This document shows, one piece after another, positions 34,235 through 43,442 of a stretch of 64,000 nucleotides of DNA. Every line of letters starts with the position of its first letter. Position 1 is the stretch's first letter. The position numbers and the translations under genes were made by a program. Below the pieces are notes generated by a model that had not been told where the DNA came from, made no database searches, and saw only the letters and a program-made list of their open reading frames with translations. The stretch lies in the NCBI GenBank assembly GCA_963743865.1, contig CAVURG010000006.1:75198-139197 (forward strand). Reading direction: 5' to 3'. This DNA comes from an uncultured delta proteobacterium (GTDB lineage: Bacteria > Desulfobacterota > Binatia > Binatales > Binataceae).

Positions 34235-34994
34235 ATGCCGATCCGGCGCGAGTTCCCGCCGCGATCGCTGGACGCCGCCGCCCTCAATGGGGGCCGCGTC
34301 GATCCGCATTACACCAAGGTGCTGCTGCGGCTGCTCGCCGCGCACGCGATGGCCGAGAAGCTCACCGCGCTGGGCTACCAGCGCGCGCTCGCGACGCTCG
34401 ACAATCCCGCGCTGCGTCCCACCGTCGAGAAAAATTTCGCCGAAGAAAAAAAACACGCGCGCCTTATCTACGACGCGCTCGAAGAACTCGGAGTTTCCCA
34501 GCAAGCCGCCGACCGTTCGATGATTTCCGTGCTCAAGGCGCCGTCCTTCGATGCGCCCAGCTACTTCGCCGCCAAGGCCGCCGGTGAGCTCGACCTGCTG
34601 ATGGCGTCGCTCAGCCTCGATACCACCGGCCTCATCATGATCGGCGAAAACTACCGGCAGTCCAGCTATGCGCCCCATGCGCGCGCCGCCGAAATAATTC
34701 TCGACGAGGAAGCCGATCATGAAATCTTCGCCTCGCGGCAGCTTGGCGATGCCGTCGAGCGCTTCGGCGTCAAGTCGGTCAACGACCGCGCTGCGCCGAT
34801 GGATCCCGCGCGCGGTGAACTTCTTCGGCCCGCCCGGCACCGGCTTCACCTACGACTGCATCCGCTACGGTCTGAAGTCGCGCGACAACGAAGAACTGGC
34901 CGAGCTGTACGTCACGATGCTATCCCGCCGCTGCGAGCAGCTAGGCCTCGAAATGCCGGCGCTGACGCCCACCTATCCTCACCGGCTCGCCTGA
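34235..34994 (+). CDS. Ferritin-like diiron protein, PaaA/PaaC/BoxB-like (frameshift near 34790)
   Basis: AEK..EEKKH..LD..SSYAP..DEEADH; second frame WIPRAVNFFG..GLKSRDNEEL. Confidence 0.7.
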
Positions 34995-35007
34995 ATTTCC
35001 GTCGCGA

Positions 35008-36345
35008 TCATCCGGCGGCGTCTAGCGCGCGCAATGCCAGGCCGCGCGCGACCGACGTGAACTCGTCGCCCATTCGGATTCGATCGGCGCCGAAGCGTTC
35101 GATGAAAATGCGGCGCACCGCGGGCACGAACGACGAACCTCCGGTCAGGAACACGCTGTCGATCGCGCCGGGCTTGAGCGCGACCGTCCTCATCAGCCGA
35201 TCGACGCATCCGGCGATCTGTTCGAGATAGCGCGCGATCCAATTTTCGAAATCGCCGCGCGCAACCGTCTTTTCGATCAGGACCGGCGGATCGGAAAACA
35301 TGAAGTCCGCGGCTTCCAGCGCGGATAACCCGAGCTTGGTCTTCTCCACCGATCGAAACAGGAAGTAGCCGAGATCGTTTCCCACAATATGAATCAGCGC
35401 GGCGATCTTTTCGGGCTCGAACGATTCCCGCTTCAGTTCCTCGAACCTGAGCATCGTCGAACGAGCCTTCAGGAACGACAGATGATGCCATCGCTCGAGC
35501 CTGGTGTACGGCCAGGTCGGCGCCGGCAGCACCATCCCGTACGGCGAGCGGTACTTCGTGCCGCGGCCGAGCGCGGGCGCGACCAGATGCCGCATCACGC
35601 GGCCGTCGAAGGCGTCGCCCGCGACGGCGACGCCGTCGTTGCCCAAAATCTCGTAGCGCGCCCCGCCATGCTTCGCGGCCGTTCGCGCCTTCAGTCGCAG
35701 CACCGAGAAATCGCTGGTGCCGCCGCCGAAGTCCGCAATCAGCACCGTCTCGTCGCGCGTGATTCGAAGCGCGTAGTCATACGCCGCCGCAACCGGTTCG
35801 TACTCGAACGCCACGTCGGTCCATCCCGCACGCCGAATCGCGACGTCCAGCCGGCTTCGCGCCAGAGCCTCGTCCGGATTGCCGGCAGCCGCGAAATGGA
35901 CCGGGCGTCCGACCACGATTCGCGGCGGCAACTCGCCGAACTGCGCGATCGCGCCGTCGCGGAGCGCGCTGATGATCGGCGCAATCAAATCTCCCAACGA
36001 ATACGTTTCGCCCATGATATCGGTGGATTCGAAAGTCTTGTCTGCGAGAAACGACTTGAGCGATTGTACCAGCCGCCCGTTGCCGGCGGCTGCGAGGTAG
36101 CGCCGAATCGCGTCGTTGCCGACCGAGACGGCCGAATCGGTACCGCCGGTTTCCTCCGGTGCCTCGAAAAACAGAATCGAACGCAACGTCTCGGACTGAT
36201 CGCCACCCTCTGCGGCGGGAAAACGCGCCAGGCGCGGCGAACCGTCAGCGCCGACGATCGCAATCGCGCTGTTGGTGGTGCCGAAATCGAGGCCGACCGC
36301 CTCCACTTTAGCCGCGGCCGGAGCGCTGGAGATGTCCTGCATCAT
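35008..36345 (-). CDS. Hsp70-family protein (YegD-like)
   Basis: GLDFGTTNS, GRLVQSLKS, VGRPV, EPVAAA, DFGGGTSDFS, FLTGGSS. Confidence 0.9.
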   Translation of the reverse strand: MMQDISSAPAAAKVEAVGLDFGTTNSAIAIVGADGSPRLARFPAAEGGDQSETLRSILFFEAPEETGGTDSAVSVGNDAIRRYLAAAGNGRLVQSLKSFLADKTFESTDIMGETYSLGDLIAPIISALRDGAIAQFGELPPRIVVGRPVHFAAAGNPDEALARSRLDVAIRRAGWTDVAFEYEPVAAAYDYALRITRDETVLIADFGGGTSDFSVLRLKARTAAKHGGARYEILGNDGVAVAGDAFDGRVMRHLVAPALGRGTKYRSPYGMVLPAPTWPYTRLERWHHLSFLKARSTMLRFEELKRESFEPEKIAALIHIVGNDLGYFLFRSVEKTKLGLSALEAADFMFSDPPVLIEKTVARGDFENWIARYLEQIAGCVDRLMRTVALKPGAIDSVFLTGGSSFVPAVRRIFIERFGADRIRMGDEFTSVARGLALRALDAAG

Positions 36346-36373
36346 GCGTTCACGATTGAGGCGCGTTGTACTG

Positions 36374-36402
36374 TTGTCAACGTTGAGCAAGACGCATATA
36401 CT
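36374..36402 (+). promoter_or_regulatory. sigma70-type promoter
   Basis: TTGTCA-17 nt-TATACT. Confidence 0.7.
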
Positions 36403-36464
36403 CGCCAAACCCTCAGGATGACGATCGCATTGCGGCTGCTCGTCCGAAACAACCCGGTCCCTCA

Positions 36465-36495
36465 GCGGACGAGATATTCTCGTCCGCATTTTTTT
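36465..36495 (+). terminator. Intrinsic terminator in the leader of a methyltransferase
   Basis: GCGGACGAGA-TAT-TCTCGTCCGC followed by A and 7 T. Confidence 0.75.
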
Positions 36496-36531
36496 CAGTC
36501 GCGCATCGCCAGTGCGCGCAGGAAGGAAAGA

Positions 36532-37329
36532 ATGCCGCCGGAAATTCGTGAGTCTGAAGTCGCCGCGCAATGGGATCGCAATGCCGATGTGTGGGCCGAC
36601 CAGGTTCGCAACCGCTGGGATATCTTTCGCGAGCATTGGAACAATCCCGCTTTCCTGGAATTCGCCGGCGACTTAAGCGGGAAGGCTGTGCTCGATGCCG
36701 GATGCGGCGAGGGCCACAACACGAGGATCTTCGCGCGCCGCGGCGCCCGCATGACGGGAGTGGACCTGTCCGCCAAAATGATCGAGTTCGCGCGCGAAGA
36801 GGAACTCCGCGAACCGCTGGGAATCCGCTACGAACGCGCTTCGTTCAGCAACTTGGCAACTTTCCGCGCAGAGTCATTCGACGCGGCCGTCTCGACGATG
36901 GCGCTGATGGACGGTCCTGATTTTCCAGGCGCGATGCGGGAAATCACACGCGTGCTGCGCCCGGGCGGGACGCTCGCGTACAGCATCCTGCATCCCTGTT
37001 TCGCGACCAAGGGGATGGGCTGGGTGAGAGACGGTTCGGGGCACGCCATCAAATTCACCGTCGCGGATTATTTCAACAGCGAACCGTTTGTCGAGCGCTG
37101 GAAGTTCGGTCATGCGCCCAACGCGTCGCAGGTCGAGGACTTCGGCGTGCCGCGCTTCGATCGCACGCTTGCCGACTACATCAACCCGACCGTCGCGGCT
37201 GGTCTGCGGGTCGAGGAGATTCGCGAGCCGCGCGCTCCCGAGTCCGCGTGCGCGCTGTATCCCGAGGCGTTCGCCAAATTTCGCGATCACATCCCGTGGT
37301 TCTTTTACGTTCGCGCATCGAAGTCGTGA
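36532..37329 (+). CDS. Class I SAM-dependent methyltransferase
   Basis: AGGAAGG RBS; VLDAGCGEG, GVDLS, RVLRPGG, ILHPCF. Confidence 0.88.
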   Translation: MPPEIRESEVAAQWDRNADVWADQVRNRWDIFREHWNNPAFLEFAGDLSGKAVLDAGCGEGHNTRIFARRGARMTGVDLSAKMIEFAREEELREPLGIRYERASFSNLATFRAESFDAAVSTMALMDGPDFPGAMREITRVLRPGGTLAYSILHPCFATKGMGWVRDGSGHAIKFTVADYFNSEPFVERWKFGHAPNASQVEDFGVPRFDRTLADYINPTVAAGLRVEEIREPRAPESACALYPEAFAKFRDHIPWFFYVRASKS

Positions 37330-37337
37330 GACAAAAT

Positions 37338-37763
37338 ATGATTCGTACGCTGACAGGAATCCTTGCAGGAGCCGTTTGCATGATGCTCGCCGGATGCGGC
37401 GCGCAGGGCGAAGCGTATCAGCCGATGGCGACTCCCGCGTCCAAGAGCGTCATCTACATTTACCGGCCGTACCAGGTTCTCAGTTCGCAGGCGACTCCGA
37501 TGATCACTTGCGGCCATGAGAGCATTGAATTGGAACCAGGCGGCTATTACGCGTTCGTCGAGGACAGCGGAGCGGTGACTTGCGCGGCCGCGACCGGCAC
37601 CAAGACGGAGTACAAATTCGATGCGCGCGCGGGCGAGCAATACTTCATCAAGGAGGATGTCGATTCCGTCGGGCTCGGCAGCCAGGTGCGATTCAGCTTG
37701 ATGAATGCCGCGGTGGCCGGCGACGAAATCAAGGAATGCAACCGCCAGGGAATTAAACAGTGA
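37338..37763 (+). CDS. Lipoprotein, DUF2846-like
   Basis: Lipobox LAGC; VIYIYRP; GEQYFIK. Confidence 0.7.
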   Translation: MIRTLTGILAGAVCMMLAGCGAQGEAYQPMATPASKSVIYIYRPYQVLSSQATPMITCGHESIELEPGGYYAFVEDSGAVTCAAATGTKTEYKFDARAGEQYFIKEDVDSVGLGSQVRFSLMNAAVAGDEIKECNRQGIKQ

Positions 37764-37851
37764 ATCCGGCGGCGCCGCCGCATCGTCGAGGAGTCGGATT
37801 CATTTCGGCCACGAGGGCTCGGGTTGGCGCCGATTGTAGCGGCAGCGCAAG

Positions 37852-38766
37852 CTATTTCTTCGCGAGATACGCCATCCCGATGCGGGCCGGCGTGAGATTT
37901 ATTCCGAACTCATCGACCAGCGGCTTGATGTTGCACGCGTTGTCGGCGGTGACAAACGTGACCGCGTCGCGCGACAGCATCGGCTTGGGCAGCTTTTCCA
38001 GCAGGGCGCCGATCGTGCGCATGATGCCTTCCGGAATATGAAACAGCGGGCGGCGATGTCCGCTCGCGTCCATGATGATCCGCATCATCTGGTCGAACGT
38101 CATCAGCTCCGGCCCGCCGATTTCGTAAGTTCCGTTGCGGCCGCGACCCGACACCGCGAGCATCACGCACGCGGCGAGATCATCGACGAGCACCGGCTGA
38201 ACTTTCTGCCGCCCGGTGCCGGGCACGCCAAAGACCGGCGCGAAACGCAGCGCGCGGGCGAGACCGCTTACAACTTTGTCCTCCGGTCCGTACACCAGCG
38301 ACGGGCGGAAGATGGTGTAGGCCAGGCCCGACTCGCGGATCGCGCGCTCGGCTCGGCCTTTGGCGCGAAAGCCGGGATGGGTGCTGTTCTCGTCGGCAGC
38401 GGCGCCGCTGATGTAGATGAATTGGCGCACAGCGGCTTGCTTCGCCGCGTCGATGAGCGCGACCGCGCCGGCGTAGTCGATTCGTTCGAAGGTGAGGCCG
38501 CGGCGCGGATTTTCGACCGGATAGCCATCGAACTGGATCGCATCGACAATCGTGTCCGCGCCCTGGAGCGCATCCTTGAGCGATGCGGGCTGTCCGATGT
38601 CTGCGCGAACAAACTCGATGCCGGGCAGATCGAGCCGCGCGCGCGCCGCCTGGGGATTTCGCGTGAGCACGCGAAGCCTGGTTTCGCCCGGAGCGAGCAG
38701 GCGCCGCGCGATCGCGCGACCGATGAATCCCGAGCCGCCCGCGAGAGTGACGGTTCTTGCGCCCAT
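37852..38766 (-). CDS. NAD(P)-binding atypical SDR (NDUFA9-like)
   Basis: GGSGFIG, TIFRPSLVYG, QPVLVDDLA, YEIGGP. Confidence 0.85.
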   Translation of the reverse strand: MGARTVTLAGGSGFIGRAIARRLLAPGETRLRVLTRNPQAARARLDLPGIEFVRADIGQPASLKDALQGADTIVDAIQFDGYPVENPRRGLTFERIDYAGAVALIDAAKQAAVRQFIYISGAAADENSTHPGFRAKGRAERAIRESGLAYTIFRPSLVYGPEDKVVSGLARALRFAPVFGVPGTGRQKVQPVLVDDLAACVMLAVSGRGRNGTYEIGGPELMTFDQMMRIIMDASGHRRPLFHIPEGIMRTIGALLEKLPKPMLSRDAVTFVTADNACNIKPLVDEFGINLTPARIGMAYLAKK

Positions 38767-38844
38767 CGATCGATTCTGAGCTTGAATCCGTGGCGAGGCT
38801 ACCGGCTTCGCCATCCAGGGAAGAACCGCTCGCGCGCGATTAAG

Positions 38845-39840
38845 CTAGACGTGCTTGCGATGGGGTCGATGAGTGACGGGGCGCGGCTTGCGGCGGTGGC
38901 GGATCCGCTTCAACGGATGGAGCTTCGCTCTCAAGCCCGGTTTCTCGGCGTGCGGCACTTCGACGAGAGGGGTCAGCGAGAAACGCGAGACTTCCGGCGG
39001 GCAGTTGATGCGGATCCTGAGCCAAAACGTGCCCAGACCGCGATTGGTGTAGATGTAAAAGTCTTCGTAGCGGTTCAGGCCCGAGTAGAATTCCTTGCCG
39101 ATGCGCAGGACCGATTTGAGCGGCGATCCATAAAACGGAATTCGCACGACGCCGCCATGGGTGTGGCCGGAGAGCATCACGCCCGGCTTCAGATGGCGCG
39201 TGTACAGCGCAGTGTCGGGATTGTGCGCCAGCACGATCGTGCAGTCATCGCGCTTGACGTCGGCAAACGCGCGCGCAGGCTCCGCGCGCCGCGACCACAG
39301 ATCGTCAATGCCGACGATTACGAGTTTCTCGTTGCGAATGAAGAGCCGGCGGCTGTCATTGGCGAGCACGTCGGCGCCGGCGCGCTTGAGCGCATCGGTG
39401 ATCCGCTCGGCCGACGACCAATGGTCATGGTTGCCGAGGATCGCAAACAGGCCCGACTGTGGACTTAGATTCCGGAGCGCGTCGCGAAACGGGCCGAGAT
39501 AGCGATGCATCGTGTCGGGGCCGGAAAAATAATCGCCGGTGAGAAAGACGAGGTCGGGGCGCTGTTGATTGATGGCTTCGACGGCGAGCGCCAATCGTTC
39601 GAGATCCTCGTCGCGATCGACGTGGAAGTCGCTTATCTGGCATGCGACCAGTCCGCGCAAAGCGTCGGGCAATCCGCGCACCGGCAGGTCCACCTCGGAC
39701 ACCTGAATCGCGTCGATCGTGCGCCGCCACATTCGATGCAGCGGGCGCAGCGCCAGGGGAGGCTTCGCTTTTGCACGACCGGCAGCGCCAACGGGCGGCT
39801 GGTGCGGAAGCAAGTCGTCTATGAGTTCGGCAGTGGACAT
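38845..39840 (-). CDS. Calcineurin-like metallophosphoesterase
   Basis: SDFH, TGD, GNHD, AHNPD, SGHTHGG, RGLG. Confidence 0.9.
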   Translation of the reverse strand: MSTAELIDDLLPHQPPVGAAGRAKAKPPLALRPLHRMWRRTIDAIQVSEVDLPVRGLPDALRGLVACQISDFHVDRDEDLERLALAVEAINQQRPDLVFLTGDYFSGPDTMHRYLGPFRDALRNLSPQSGLFAILGNHDHWSSAERITDALKRAGADVLANDSRRLFIRNEKLVIVGIDDLWSRRAEPARAFADVKRDDCTIVLAHNPDTALYTRHLKPGVMLSGHTHGGVVRIPFYGSPLKSVLRIGKEFYSGLNRYEDFYIYTNRGLGTFWLRIRINCPPEVSRFSLTPLVEVPHAEKPGLRAKLHPLKRIRHRRKPRPVTHRPHRKHV

Positions 39841-39853
39841 CGAGTGATCGATA

Positions 39854-40558
39854 CTAGAATACTTCGACCAGGCGGCGGAAGGAGGATAGTTCGATAATCC
39901 TGTCGCCGGCTTCGTTGATTTCTTCGTGCTCGAGGTCCCAGGTATGCGGATGCGGTATGAAAACGGCGCGCAGACCGGCCGCGACCGCGGGATTGATGTC
40001 CGAGCGCGGACTGTTTCCAATCATAAAAGTCAGCGACGGATCGAGGTCGGCGTCGCGCACCAGGCGGCGATAGGCATCGACGTCCTTCTCGCGCGGGGTC
40101 TCGACGCGATCGAAGAGCGGACCGAGACCGGAACGCGCGAGCTTTTGCAGCTGTTCGTCGCGCTGGCCCTTGGTGAAAATCAGCAGGCGGTGACGCTGCG
40201 CAAGCTCCTGAAGCGTGGGTTCGACGCCGGGCAGCAATGCGCAGTCGCGCTCGAGCAGATGCGCGCCGATTCGCTCGATCTCGTCGCGCAAGCGGTCGTC
40301 ACCTGCGGGCGCGAGTTCGGCAGCCGCCTGATGCAGCGCCATCACGTAAGGACGGCGGCCGTAGCCATGGGTTTTGATAAGCCGCATTTCGGCGCGCCGC
40401 ACCGCGGCGTGAATCTCGACGCGAGAGATATCGAGGACCGCGTCGCCAACGGCCGCAGCGAAGAAATCGAACGCCTCGAGAAAATGGATATTGGAATCCC
40501 AGAGCGTGTCGTCGGCGTCGAATACGAGGTTCAAAGACTCAGTCGGAGCAGAGGACAT
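39854..40558 (-). CDS. HAD-family hydrolase
   Basis: FDADDTLW, TKG, EK, IGNSPRSDINP. Confidence 0.9.
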   Translation of the reverse strand: MSSAPTESLNLVFDADDTLWDSNIHFLEAFDFFAAAVGDAVLDISRVEIHAAVRRAEMRLIKTHGYGRRPYVMALHQAAAELAPAGDDRLRDEIERIGAHLLERDCALLPGVEPTLQELAQRHRLLIFTKGQRDEQLQKLARSGLGPLFDRVETPREKDVDAYRRLVRDADLDPSLTFMIGNSPRSDINPAVAAGLRAVFIPHPHTWDLEHEEINEAGDRIIELSSFRRLVEVF

Positions 40559-40622
40559 CTAGCGTACAGGGTACCGGCGCGCGCCCGAGCGGGCAAACGT
40601 CCAGCCGAGCGGGGCGAACTAG

Positions 40623-41442
40623 CTATGCGCGGGCAGTGGGAAGTGCGGCGGGCAGAATTATGAGCGCACCGGTCGAGGGATTGCGCCCGACGTACACCTC
40701 GGTCTCGTAAACGCGCCGCAGATTCTCCGCGGTCAGAACTTCCGCGGCAGTTCCATACGCGACCGCGGCGCCATCGGCGAGCAGCAGCACGCGATCGGCA
40801 TAGAGCGCGGCGGCATTGAGATCGTGCAGCGTCGCAACGACGGCCATGCCGCGCTCGGCGCACAGCTCGCGAAAGCGCGCGAAGATTTCGGCGACGTGCT
40901 TGAGGTCGAGAAATGCGGTCGGCTCGTCGAGCAGTGCAATCTTCGGCTCCTGCGCGAGTGCGCGGGCCAGGAACACGCGCTTGCGTTCGCCGCCGGACAG
41001 TTCCTGAACGTGGCGCGCGGCAAGATCGAGCAGGTCGAAGCGGTCGAGCGCCGCGGATGCGATTTCCAAATCGTGGGGGCTCTCGAAGCGCGAAGGCGCC
41101 GAGATGCGGCGCGCGTCCCATCAGCACGATTTCCAGCACCGTGAAGCGAAATGCGACCGCGTTTTCCTGGCCAACCGACGCGACCGTGCGTGCGAATTCC
41201 CGGCGATCGATCGAATCGAGCGGGCGGCCGAAAAGTTCGACGCTTCCCGCACTCGGCTTTATCGAGCCGCCGAGCACCTTGAGCAGCGTGGACTTGCCGG
41301 CGCCGTTTGGACCGACGATGGCGAGCATTTCGCCGGCCGCCACTTCGATCGAGACGCCATGCAGCACGGGCACTCCCGGATATCCCGCGTGAATCGCGCT
41401 CGCACGCATGGCGGCGGCGGTGTCGCGCGAGGTCGTCGTCAT
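40623..41442 (-). CDS. ABC transporter ATPase, FecE/BtuD type (frameshift near 41090)
   Basis: GPNGAGKST; second frame [19 protein letters not shown]. Confidence 0.9.
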
Positions 41443-42471
41443 AGCGAAAGCGGTCTCCTGCCTTCGCGCCGCAGCATGTAGATGAAGAACGGGCCGCCGC
41501 ACAGCGCGGTGATCGCGCCGACGGGAATTTCGGCCGGGGCAATTGCGACGCGCGCGACCAGGTCTGCCGCGACCATGAATGCGGCGCCGCCGATCAGCGA
41601 CGCGGGCAGCAGCAGGCGATGATCCGCGCCGAACGATCAATCTCAAAGTATGCGGAACGATTAGTCCGACGAACGAGATGATTCCGCTGACGGAGACCGC
41701 GGCGCCGATCATGACCGAGGTCGCAACGAAAATCGTGCGCCGCAGGCGGTCCACGTCAACGCCAAGTTCGGCCGCCGACTCGTCGCCGAGACTGAGCAGG
41801 TTCAGATCGCGAGCTTGAAACATCAGGACGGCGAAACCGGCCAGTCCCAAACCCGCGACGCTCGCCGCTTCGCCATAGGTCGGCGCCTCGAGGCTGCCCA
41901 TCAGCCAGAACAGAATGCTATGCGCGTAATAGAAGTTGACGACGCTGTTCACCAGCATGATTGCCGCGCCCCAGAACGCGTTGAAGATCACGCCGACCAG
42001 CAGCAGCGTGAACGGTTCCAGCTGACCGTCAACCATCGCGAGCCGGTAAACCGCCACGGTCGAGAGCAGCGCCGCGCCGAATGCGCACAGGGGGACGGCC
42101 GCCTCGCCGCCGCCGAGTTTCGCGGACATCACGAGCGCGAGTATCGCGCCGAGCGCGCCGCCGCCGGAGATTCCGAGGATGCCACCCTCTGCCAGCGGAT
42201 TCCTCACGAGCGCTTGTAGAGCCGTTCCGACCGCGGCCAGCATCGCGCCGACGATCACGCCCATCAGCACACGCGGCAATCGGGCGCCGAAGAAAATCGC
42301 GTGATCGGGACTGGTGGGATCGGAAAATGCGCGCACGAGGCTGATATGCGCGCTGCCAAACAGCGCGGCTGCGGCCGCGCAAACGATCAGCAAGATTGCC
42401 AGCGCCGCCAGTATCGAGAGCAGCCGCGAGCGCGTCAGGTGCGACGGCGGTTTGCTTGCGGCCGCGTTCAC
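41439..42471 (-). CDS. FecCD/BtuC-family permease (frameshift near 41630)
   Basis: [35 protein letters not shown]. Confidence 0.9.
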
Positions 42472-43337
42472 TGCGGTGCACCAGCGGACACATTTTGCCA
42501 TGCCTCGGGATGAATCATCCGCGCGATTATCTCGAGCGACTGTCCCACGCGCGGGCCGGCATGAAGAATGGGATCCTGCGCATAGCCGAAGACGCGATGG
42601 TCGCGCACCGCAGGAATCGCCGGATATTTTTCCCAGAAGTCGCTCGACGACGATGGATCGGTGCCCATCGAGCCGTCCAGCACGACCTCGGGACGCATCG
42701 CGATGATGTACTCCATGCTCAGCTGCGGCCACTGCTCGCCGGCGGCCGCAGCGATGTTGTCGGCGCGCGCGATGCGCATGAGCTCATCGAGATAAGTGCC
42801 GGCGCCCACCGCGACGATCGGCTGATGACCGACGAGCATCAGCACACGCTGCGGCTTTACGTTTGCCAGGCGCCGTCGGACTGCGGCGATCTGCGCCTGA
42901 ATCTTCGCGACGAGCCGATGCGCCTGCGGCTGGCGATCGATTCGCGCGCCCACCGTTTCGATACTGGTTTCGATCTGTTGCAAAGTATCGTCGCTGACCA
43001 TCAGCACCGGATAACCCATCGACTTCAACGCGCGAATCTGGCGCACGTCCGATGACAGTTCAAGTCCGACGACCAGCGTGGGCCGCAGCGCGATGATCGC
43101 TTCGAGGTTCGGAGTCAGAAAGGAACCGACCCGCGGCAGGTCGCGCACCTGCGCAGGGTAGTCGCAATACTGCGAGACGCCGACGACGTCGGGACCCGCG
43201 CCCAGCGCGAACAGTGTCTCCGTTACCGATGGCGCCAGCGATACGATCCGCATCCGAGCGGCTGCGTTGGCCGGCGGCGCGAGCGCCAGAGCATACACAC
43301 ACAGCGCGGCGGCGGCCGCGAGCCGATACAAACCCAC
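42468..43337 (-). CDS. Cobalamin/iron-siderophore substrate-binding protein (BtuF-like)
   Basis: Signal peptide; RIVSLAPSVTETLFALG, CDYP, NLEAIIALRP, GPR. Confidence 0.85.
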   Translation of the reverse strand: MGLYRLAAAAALCVYALALAPPANAAARMRIVSLAPSVTETLFALGAGPDVVGVSQYCDYPAQVRDLPRVGSFLTPNLEAIIALRPTLVVGLELSSDVRQIRALKSMGYPVLMVSDDTLQQIETSIETVGARIDRQPQAHRLVAKIQAQIAAVRRRLANVKPQRVLMLVGHQPIVAVGAGTYLDELMRIARADNIAAAAGEQWPQLSMEYIIAMRPEVVLDGSMGTDPSSSSDFWEKYPAIPAVRDHRVFGYAQDPILHAGPRVGQSLEIIARMIHPEAWQNVSAGAPQ

Positions 43338-43442
43338 ATCGCGAAACTACCTGATCGTACCGGCGCCGGTAAGCGCCGCCCCGCGCTTTGTTGGCTGCGC
43401 CCGGCGTGCTCAACTAGCCTCGTCGGGACGGGGTGTATCGCC

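Noticed and set aside
36411-36460. Hammerhead-like look (GATGA...CGAAAC...GTC)
   Set aside because: Lacks the CUGANGA core, and stems I and III cannot be formed convincingly
35389-37329. 646-aa ORF suggesting a large methyltransferase fusion
   Set aside because: The first ~320 codons are antisense to the Hsp70 gene; the RBS and motifs support a start at 36532
40531-42732. Apparent permease-ATPase fusion (733 aa)
   Set aside because: Produced by an indel near 41630; the permease stop and ATPase start overlap normally at 41439-41442
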